From NCBI GenBank assembly GCA_027371535.1, contig DAHXMV010000006.1, positions 1 to 55,322 on the forward strand: a stretch of DNA of 55,322 nucleotides, written 5' to 3'. Below, piece by piece: positions 19,863 to 26,603 of this stretch. Source of the DNA: Candidatus Amesbacteria bacterium. Its GTDB lineage: Bacteria > Patescibacteriota > Microgenomatia > CAZETR01 > Amesbacteraceae. The notes under the pieces are model-generated. The model saw only the letters and a list, made by a program, of their open reading frames with translations, was not told where the DNA came from and ran no database searches. Both the position numbers and the translations under genes were made by a program. Position 1 is the first letter of the stretch; each line of letters opens with the position of its first letter.

Positions 19863-20648
19863 ATGAAGACTAAGAAGTTTGTTTTGTTGATGGCTTTGGT
19901 TATAGCCCTTTCGAGCGCATTTGCCCTCCCAGCGGCTATTAATCATTTGCCAGGTATTGTGCAAACCCCTATCGCCAACGTTATAAACGTTGTCGCAAAC
20001 GCCTGTTCTATGAACTGTACATCTTGGGATGGTACAGCTTCCTGGGGCGCGGGCGATTATCGCATGATGTTGGATGGTAACTCAGTTTGGAGTGGGACGT
20101 TGACAGACAATGAAAAGAAAGAAGGAACGTTCACTTTGAACTGTGGTTGGCACGAATGGTCATGGGAAATGAAGGTAAAGGATAAAGAAGGAAATGAGAA
20201 ATGGGAGAGTAAGGCCGGTGGAAAATTTGAATGCAAGTGCGCGTCAGCTACGCCGACAAACACAATGCCTCCTACCGAGACTTTACCCCCTACCTCAACC
20301 TCTACTACTAAACCTTCCATTACCCCGTCCTTAACAAGCTCACCAACAATCACTTTAACCTTTACTCCAACCTTAACGGTTACTCCATCAATCACCGCTA
20401 CACCTACCAACACAAGCACTGCTACACCAACACTACCTGGACCGACCCCTGTATCTACCACACCTGCGCCCACCACTGTGGTTACTACTGTTGTAGTTCC
20501 TACTACCCCCGTGGTTACCACTCCGGCGCCGACGACTCCTCCACATCCCCGAATCACCCCAAACCCTGGCTCCAGTAATGGTGCAAGTGACCAACCAAAG
20601 AATATATTGGATTGGCTCAGGTTCTTTTGGAACTTGATTTTCGGATAA
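19863..20648 (+). CDS. Secreted protein: signal peptide, small Trp/Cys-rich domain, long Pro/Thr linker, amphipathic C-terminal helix
   Basis: GGAG SD at 19850-19853. MKTKKFVLLMALVIALSSAFA signal, TPT repeats, ends ILDWLRFFWNLIFG. Confidence 0.85.
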   Translation: MKTKKFVLLMALVIALSSAFALPAAINHLPGIVQTPIANVINVVANACSMNCTSWDGTASWGAGDYRMMLDGNSVWSGTLTDNEKKEGTFTLNCGWHEWSWEMKVKDKEGNEKWESKAGGKFECKCASATPTNTMPPTETLPPTSTSTTKPSITPSLTSSPTITLTFTPTLTVTPSITATPTNTSTATPTLPGPTPVSTTPAPTTVVTTVVVPTTPVVTTPAPTTPPHPRITPNPGSSNGASDQPKNILDWLRFFWNLIFG

Positions 20649-20660
20649 AACCTATCTAGA

Positions 20661-20997
20661 CCACGACCGGAGGGCATAACCCTACCTAGCACTTCCCAAA
20701 CGGGAAACTGCCCTCCGGTCTGGATGAATAACTTTCTTTCTCTCCCTACGTGACGCAAGTCATTAGGACGATACCTAGAACTTTTAGGTATTTTGCAGGT
20801 AACATTCGCTGTTATTTTTGCGGATTGCCTGATGTTTTATGGTATTAAGAGGGAGATGTGTGTTTTGTTTTGTGTGTTTTGTTGATTTTGGGATTTTTCT
20901 GGGGAATTAGCTTTTTTTGCAATTATTGATTTTTGATCATTTTTTTAAACCCCCCCAGCCCAATCAGCAACAACCCGCATTACAGCACCATCTCCCT
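20661..20997 (+). ncRNA. Highly structured 3' trailer
   Basis: Perfect 12-bp stem 20665-20676/20709-20720, GCAA-tetraloop hairpin 20745-20767, hairpin 20771-20791, long imperfect hairpin 20850-20997. Confidence 0.55.
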
Positions 20998-21077
20998 AAG
21001 TTTTTTACAGATGAAGTCTGTACTGATGAGGCGGCCCCACTACGCTGAAGCTACGCGGGGTAAACCGAAAAAACTTA
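20997..21077 (+). ncRNA. Type III hammerhead ribozyme candidate
   Basis: Stem III taagtttt(20997-21004)/aaaactta(21070-21077). NUH=UUU at 21003-21005. Stem I tacag(21006-10)/ctgta(21018-22). CUGAUGA core 21023-21029. G10.1-C11.1 closing stem II (21030/21066). GAAA 21067-21070. Confidence 0.75.
21035..21064. repeat. REP-like miniature palindromic element inside hammerhead stem II
   Basis: ccccactacgctgaagctacgcggggtaaa is an imperfect palindrome with two GTAG motifs on the minus strand and resembles 23636-23674. Confidence 0.65.
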
Positions 21078-21168
21078 ACAATAAAGTTAACTTATACAAA
21101 ATATAAATATTTTGTATATCCATGAGTTTTAAAGCAGAACTCATGGCTATAGGTTATAATAAACGACC

Positions 21169-23430
21169 ATGAATAATGTTGAACACGGACAATACCAATA
21201 TTTAAAGCGGCAGGAAAAACTGACCGCGGTTCCGCAGGTCGAGGACAAATACTCTGACGAGGCTAAAAAGGCCTGGATGAGAAAGGCGGCTGCACAACAT
21301 AAACTGGAGATGTTTTCAGATGTAAATGTGGACCCGGACAAAAAGACTGTAAGTGCCGAAGAGATGATGAACGCCACCCTGGAAGGTTTAAAAGAAGCTG
21401 AAATTAAGAGACAACATTCTAATACCGATAAAGGGAAAGCCTATTGGAAGAATGTAGAAAGAGGCCTGAAAATCAAAAAGACATGGCTGGAAAAAAGCAT
21501 GCCCAAGAACCAATTTACTAATGAAGAACTAAGGCAACCTTTAATTGTAGAAACCGAAAAACAAACAGAAACCTTATTACTGCCTAAAAGTATTCCGGAA
21601 CCGATAGCTGAAAATAAACCTGTTTTGACCAGATTCCAGATGTTAGTTAAGGGAATCAGGCAAAAAGGCGACGAAATATTGCAAAAATTAAGAGTAGAAC
21701 CGGATATTGTTGACAGCGATTCTGTATTAGAAAGCTGGAGAGCAAGTGAAATTTCAGAAAAGAAACAAAAGAAAAACATTTTAAAGGAAATTGCTTATGG
21801 TACTGGTATTGTCACTACGATTGCAACTGCGGCATTAGGTATTTATGCGTGGTTAAACAGAAAATCCGCAGTATCTCCAGTTGAGATTGCCAAAGCTTTA
21901 AATACTCCTATACCATTGGAAACAACCATAAATACTCCTGTCCCGGCAAATACGATTACGGTGACCCCTTCTGTGATACCATCTGCCACGGAGACCGTAA
22001 CGCCAAAGCCATCTGTGACTCCCGAGAAGCCCACTAATTCTTATGAAATATCAGTTGACGGTAAAACTATTGATCTGACCAAATCACTAGCTATAGTTTT
22101 TTCCCAGAATCTGTTAAATGCTGCAAGTGTAAAATCTCAGATTCCTATATTTACCCAACCTTTTGTTATCAATACAGAAGCCGATTATTTGAAAGCGCCT
22201 AATACAATGGGGGTGAATGAAAAATCAATAAATACAAACCACTGGAAAGAATATCCGTGGCAGGCTTCCGTGATGAAATCCTTTTACAACAGTGATTTTG
22301 TAATGAGTCTGGAGAGCGGGCATTTAAATCAAACAGTTCCAAAAACAATGAATTCCGATTGGCAGAAAGCCTTTAATGAAACTTTTCCCAAGGCCAGTTT
22401 GGATAAACCGCAAGCATTTGATATGCCGGCCCAGCCTTTGGTTGATCTGGCCAATACACTACCAAACCATATTGAAAGAATATCAGTAAATGGAAAATCG
22501 AGCGATATGACTGTATATGAATTACCAAACCAGCAATTTAAAATACAAGTGGACGGAACTCCGTGGACTATAAAAAGTATGAGAAAAGTAAGTCTGGATG
22601 TGTGGAATCAAACCTGCGGGAATACCGATAAAGGCTGGTATTGTGCGTTGGATCAGGTAAATATTCCGCAACCTGCAGAGACCACAATCACTATTCCCAC
22701 ATGCATGGATTTTAAAAACGGTGAATACGCAAACCGATTAATAGTTGAAATAACTCCGGATAAATCAATAAGTCTCGACAAGTTTGCACCTGAAGTTATA
22801 AATGATCCTATTTTTAATAAAGGAGTGCGTCAGGCAGTGTTAATTAACGGCTACCAATTTACCGGCAATAAAAGTGGCTTTGTAAATTATTTGAAAAGTT
22901 CAAATCTGTTTGATGAATGGGATAAGCTGGTAATAGATAATTTAATTACTAATAATACAAATAATTTTCCTGATGGGAAAATGACCGGTATTCAGTGTGT
23001 AGGTTGGGCCGGATTGAGAACCGGACCAGAAAGCCCGATGTATTTTGGCGGAGATATAAAGGCAGACGGTACTAAAATAAAAGGACCCGGAGAGGCTGTT
23101 CCGGATAGCGTTAAGAAAGCTGCAAATCAAAATTATTTGTACACGGAGACTGAAGGTAACAGAAAATGGATAACGGGAAATGTTGATCTGCACATGGTGA
23201 AAAAGGGAGATGTAATTGTGGAATGGAGCGATGACCCCAATTTTTCAGCCGGTCATATTATCTATGTTGAAAATATTATTTCTGATAGCAAAGGCAATGT
23301 GATGGTAATTTTATCCGAAGCTAATAATAAAAATAATCCCGGTCAGGTGTCTTATTCCGTAATTAGTGGAATTTCGTTAGAAAGTTCCCTGAATAATAAG
23401 AGTTTGGCTTTGGTGACTAATCGTGGATAA
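21169..23430 (+). CDS. Single-pass membrane protein with sortase-like and CHAP-like domains
   Basis: TM near aa 207-228 and a P/T linker. SGH (H385)...TITIPTC (C512)...NRLIV (R523). GIQCVGW (C610)...AGHIIYVE (H696)...LSEAN (E717). Confidence 0.7.
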   Translation: MNNVEHGQYQYLKRQEKLTAVPQVEDKYSDEAKKAWMRKAAAQHKLEMFSDVNVDPDKKTVSAEEMMNATLEGLKEAEIKRQHSNTDKGKAYWKNVERGLKIKKTWLEKSMPKNQFTNEELRQPLIVETEKQTETLLLPKSIPEPIAENKPVLTRFQMLVKGIRQKGDEILQKLRVEPDIVDSDSVLESWRASEISEKKQKKNILKEIAYGTGIVTTIATAALGIYAWLNRKSAVSPVEIAKALNTPIPLETTINTPVPANTITVTPSVIPSATETVTPKPSVTPEKPTNSYEISVDGKTIDLTKSLAIVFSQNLLNAASVKSQIPIFTQPFVINTEADYLKAPNTMGVNEKSINTNHWKEYPWQASVMKSFYNSDFVMSLESGHLNQTVPKTMNSDWQKAFNETFPKASLDKPQAFDMPAQPLVDLANTLPNHIERISVNGKSSDMTVYELPNQQFKIQVDGTPWTIKSMRKVSLDVWNQTCGNTDKGWYCALDQVNIPQPAETTITIPTCMDFKNGEYANRLIVEITPDKSISLDKFAPEVINDPIFNKGVRQAVLINGYQFTGNKSGFVNYLKSSNLFDEWDKLVIDNLITNNTNNFPDGKMTGIQCVGWAGLRTGPESPMYFGGDIKADGTKIKGPGEAVPDSVKKAANQNYLYTETEGNRKWITGNVDLHMVKKGDVIVEWSDDPNFSAGHIIYVENIISDSKGNVMVILSEANNKNNPGQVSYSVISGISLESSLNNKSLALVTNRG

Positions 23431-23464
23431 ATAATTAATTGGGAAGTAAAATTGGAAGTAAATC

Positions 23465-23536
23465 GCCCTTGTAGCTCAATGGACAGAGCAAATCCCTTCT
23501 AAGGATAAGATGGAGGTTCGATTCCCCCCAGGGGCA
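23465..23536 (+). tRNA. tRNA-Arg(TCT)
   Basis: Acceptor gcccttg/caggggc, anticodon arm atcc-cttctaa-ggat, GGTTCGATTCC T arm. Confidence 0.93.
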
Positions 23537-23542
23537 CAGTTA

Positions 23543-23693
23543 TGTAGCTCAATGCGGAGCAATCCCGACTAAGTCGGGAAAGATATCAGAAGATAAATCT
23601 TCCTCTATCCCTCACATAGTTCGTGATGAAGGTTCCCCTCCTTCGTCCCTCTACGCGGGACTACGGCGGGCAAGAATTCCCCCCAGGAGCACA
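23543..23693 (+). pseudogene. Degenerate tRNA-Arg(TCT) copy interrupted by palindromic insertions
   Basis: tgtagctcaatg (23543-54), gatgaaggttc (23625-35) and aattccccccaggagcaca (23675-93) match the adjacent tRNA in order. Inserts at 23563-79 and 23636-74. Confidence 0.8.
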
Positions 23694-23711
23694 AGTTAGG
23701 TGAAGCTAAAA

Positions 23712-24008
23712 CTAGGAAATATTTAAAACTTTTTCTATCCGATCAGTCCGTTTTGTGACCGACATCAGATCATTATCCAGGGAATTGATGATATAGGACA
23801 TATTTTTCTCCAATTTTTGAAGAGATCTTTTTATGGGTGCTAATTCTTTTTGTATGAGTATGGGGACCTCAGCTTGAATGGCATTGTTTACAAGAGGCGG
23901 AACCTGCGTCTGAATGGCATGATTAATCAATGGCGGAACCTGGGTTTGAATAGAATTAGAAATTATATTTGAAATGTCTGATAAGTCAGTTTTTGACAAC
24001 ATTAACAA
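23712..24008 (-). CDS. Small coiled-coil protein with three 12-aa tandem repeats
   Basis: IQTQVPPLINHA/IQTQVPPLVNNA/IQAEVPILIQKE repeats, ends KRTDRIEKVLNI. Confidence 0.7.
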   Translation of the reverse strand: MLMLSKTDLSDISNIISNSIQTQVPPLINHAIQTQVPPLVNNAIQAEVPILIQKELAPIKRSLQKLEKNMSYIINSLDNDLMSVTKRTDRIEKVLNIS

Positions 24009-24057
24009 AACCTAATCCGTGTAAACTTGGCTGTCAATAAGGTAAAATAGGCATGCC

Positions 24058-24129
24058 GGGTTCGTAGCTCAATGGCAGAGCAGCTCCCTCTTAAGGAGAC
24101 GGTTGTGGGTTCGACTCCCACCGGACCCA
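24058..24129 (+). tRNA. tRNA-Lys(CTT)
   Basis: Acceptor gggttcg/cggaccc, anticodon arm ctcc-ctcttaa-ggag, GGTTCGACTCC T arm. Confidence 0.95.
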
Positions 24130-24135
24130 CAGCAT

Positions 24136-24918
24136 ATGCCAGGTATATATTTTGAAACAGATATTGCTAAATCCAGGGAAACTGCGGCTAAACGGCTGGA
24201 AAATGCCGGCGATGTGATTTTGAATAAAGAAGAAGTGGAAGCTAAACTTAAGGATATTCTGGATCAGAATAAAGGCGTAGTTTTCCTGGGTAATCATTAT
24301 CATTATATAAACGGCCCGAAAGACGCGGTGATGATTGCCGGACTGAAAGAGGTCGCCGATCTGAGATTTTATATGCCGGTGACTGACTATTTATTATTGT
24401 TGGCAAGAATCGCCAATTTTGTACTGAATACCCACATTGAAACTTCCGGGATTGTTACACCGGCAATAGCCCGGAGAAAAGGGATTTTGGGTTTGATTTA
24501 CGGTAGGAGGCAAGGCGAGGGGGTCATTAAATATATGCGAAAAACCAGAGAAATATTATCCCCGTTCGGAGATAATAAACCAGGTATTATGGTTGCCTAC
24601 CCTAAATTTAGCAGAGGGGACGGGAAGATGGGACAGCTGGACCCCGAAGAAAAGCAGATGATAGAAGGACTGGCCTCTTCTTTAAAAAATAACAAGCCTT
24701 ATTTCTGGCCTTATGCCTCTATTGCACTGGACAATGATGGAAGAATTATTATCCCCAAGAATATGAAGGAATTCAAAAACTACCGTATTATATATATGTT
24801 CGGAGAACCAATTAATTTTAATGATTTACCGGATATGAAACATAACGGAAGATATGAAGGGACGGCCAAACTGATCCATGAGAAGATTAAACAAAAGCTT
24901 CCGGAAGGCTACAGATAG
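24136..24918 (+). CDS. Divergent PlsC-like acyltransferase-fold protein
   Basis: VVFLGNHYHYING (block I-like), MVAYPKFSR (FPEGTR-like), YMFGEPI. Start moved to the ATG downstream of tRNA-Lys. Confidence 0.55.
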   Translation: MPGIYFETDIAKSRETAAKRLENAGDVILNKEEVEAKLKDILDQNKGVVFLGNHYHYINGPKDAVMIAGLKEVADLRFYMPVTDYLLLLARIANFVLNTHIETSGIVTPAIARRKGILGLIYGRRQGEGVIKYMRKTREILSPFGDNKPGIMVAYPKFSRGDGKMGQLDPEEKQMIEGLASSLKNNKPYFWPYASIALDNDGRIIIPKNMKEFKNYRIIYMFGEPINFNDLPDMKHNGRYEGTAKLIHEKIKQKLPEGYR

Positions 24919-24935
24919 AGTAAAATTAACGGTAT

Positions 24936-25028
24936 TGCGGGGTCGTCTTAGCCGAACGAAGCGAGGCGGAAACGGGAGAGCGTAAGCTCGACCATCATGG
25001 TAGGACCTTAAAATATATCGTCTAATGG
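24936..25028 (+). pseudogene. Degenerate 5'-half copies of tRNA-Gln with palindromic insertion
   Basis: tgcggggtcgtct (24936-48), a 48-bp insert, then atggtaggac (24997-25006). A second fragment tcgtctaatgg lies at 25018-28. Confidence 0.8.
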
Positions 25029-25046
25029 GACGTAAAAATACAGGAC

Positions 25047-25118
25047 TGCGGGGTCGTCTAATGGTAGGACTCCAGACTTTGGATCTGGCTATTCTTGGTT
25101 CGAATCCAAGCCCCGCAG
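25047..25118 (+). tRNA. tRNA-Gln(TTG)
   Basis: Acceptor tgcgggg/ccccgca, anticodon arm ccaga-ctttgga-tctgg, T arm cttgg-ttcgaat-ccaag. Confidence 0.96.
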
Positions 25119-25155
25119 CCGTGTATTTTTACTTAACTGTTCGCTTCACTCACTA

Positions 25156-25294
25156 AGGACTCCAGACTTTGGATATGGCTATTCCAGCTAATATGCGCTC
25201 AGGAGAACGAATCCTAGCCCCGCAGCCGATGAATTGACTTTGCCGTCCCGATGTAGCATCGGGACTAAGGACTCCCGAACGAATCCCAGCCCCG
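25156..25294 (+). pseudogene. Two degenerate 3'-portion copies of tRNA-Gln
   Basis: aggactccagactttggatatggctattc...cgaatcctagccccgcagccg (25156-25228) and aggactcc...cgaatcccagccccg (25268-25294), separated by the palindrome 25245-25265. Confidence 0.8.
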
Positions 25295-25327
25295 GATTCT
25301 GAACGAAAAATATATTATTGATATAAT

Positions 25328-25618
25328 ATGCCGATGAATAGATATAAAGAACATCATGCTATTTATAGTATGGTTTGGGCTTTAAAAATCGGGACTCCCA
25401 TGACCGTAGCTAAGAATTTAATTTCGGAGTGGAATTCCAATCTGAGGGATGGAGAAAAGCCTTATCCTAATTCAAACCGATTTATACTGGCTCTGGGAAT
25501 CTTAATATACAATGTCAGGAATAATATTAAATTTGAGACATTTACCAGCGAGGAGAGTTATTTGTCACCCGATCCCCTGTGTTTTGCATGGGGAGCTTGT
25601 CTGGGGGAAAAATCCTAG
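25328..25618 (+). CDS. Hypothetical protein (96 aa)
   Basis: ORF with a TATAAT box adjacent to the start. No family recognised. Confidence 0.4.
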   Translation: MPMNRYKEHHAIYSMVWALKIGTPMTVAKNLISEWNSNLRDGEKPYPNSNRFILALGILIYNVRNNIKFETFTSEESYLSPDPLCFAWGACLGEKS

Positions 25619-26535
25619 ACTGAGGAAGCAGTTTCAGCCATTGGAGTTGCAGGCGGCGATACGGCAATGGGCGGACCGGTTTTTTTAAGGTGGGCGAGGA
25701 TAAAGTAGCTGTAAATTAAAAGCAGGATGGTTTGAAGAAACGGAAATGAAAGATTAATCCTGGCCAGGGTTAACAGGGAAAAAAGAGTTATGGTAATGGT
25801 GCATAAATGCATACCCAAGCGGAAGCTCTGGGAATAAGTCAGCTGAGGTTTGACTATTTTGGAAAACAGCCATAACGCAAAGGCAAAAAACAGTAGATAT
25901 AACTGGAAGTATGAAGCCGGAATTAACAATAAAAACAGAAATATCCCTGCGATCATGATGGGAACGACATATTTGATATAAGGGGTAATTTTGGAAGTAA
26001 TCCGGGAAACCAAAGCCTGATTGATAACAAAATTCATATTAGATTCAAACGGATAAACCTTCAGTTGCCCCTGCTTGTTTTGAGAGATAAGACTGGTTTT
26101 GGTCAAGAGGGCCGCGGTCTGATAGGATTTGAAATTTTCCGCACTGCCGGAGGCCGTATCGATTACCAAAAGATTCATAATATCACCGGGAGTAGCCGCA
26201 GCCAGGACCTTTTGTGAAAAAGCATCTTCAAGACGGGAAAACGGGATGGCATACGGCTGCCGGACATTGGCGGAAGCCTCTCCGTTTTTAAAATAGATTT
26301 CCAGTTCGGGCGGATATAAAGAGGCAATCTTTTGCGGTAAAACACGGAGAAAAGCGGAAACCGGAGGAACAGCCGATATGGATAATAATGCCGTACCGAT
26401 CAGACTGTAGAATAAGAAAAAGACTAAAAAATATTTAAGAGAGAAGGAAAATTTAGCTTTTAATATTTCGGTATAATATGCCGGAGAAAAAAAGGATTTG
26501 TAAAGGGTAATAAAGAAAGTCCTGAATTTACCCAT
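25615..26535 (-). CDS. DUF1189-like membrane protein
   Basis: SFFSPAYY...SLKYF N-terminus, soluble loop, 3-4 C-terminal TM helices (LTYSQSFRLGMH). Confidence 0.75.
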   Translation of the reverse strand: MGKFRTFFITLYKSFFSPAYYTEILKAKFSFSLKYFLVFFLFYSLIGTALLSISAVPPVSAFLRVLPQKIASLYPPELEIYFKNGEASANVRQPYAIPFSRLEDAFSQKVLAAATPGDIMNLLVIDTASGSAENFKSYQTAALLTKTSLISQNKQGQLKVYPFESNMNFVINQALVSRITSKITPYIKYVVPIMIAGIFLFLLLIPASYFQLYLLFFAFALWLFSKIVKPQLTYSQSFRLGMHLCTITITLFSLLTLARINLSFPFLQTILLLIYSYFILAHLKKTGPPIAVSPPATPMAETASSV

Positions 26536-26603
26536 ATATTAATATTGTGAATTACAAAAGTGCTTGTCAATCAGAACAATTTAGCTTATATTCTAATATG
26601 TTT

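Noticed and set aside
20057-20758. 233-aa minus-strand ORF
   Set aside because: Val/Gly-rich antisense shadow of the Pro/Thr codons of the real + strand gene.
19415-20835. Outermost closing helix ACATTATGCAG/TTGCCTGATGT
   Set aside because: Short and imperfect, and the 5' strand may overlap the -10 box and so not be transcribed.
19425-21080. Group I/II intron, RNase P RNA, tmRNA or SRP RNA as the identity of the structured region
   Set aside because: I found no GUGYG 5' end or domain V, no P7-type R/S elements, no GAGGAAAGUCC, no tRNA-like ends with a tag ORF and no SRP helix-8 motif. No interrupted host gene flanks the region.
24936-25294. CRISPR array
   Set aside because: The repeats are tRNA-Gln fragments of unequal length and spacing, and no cas genes are present.
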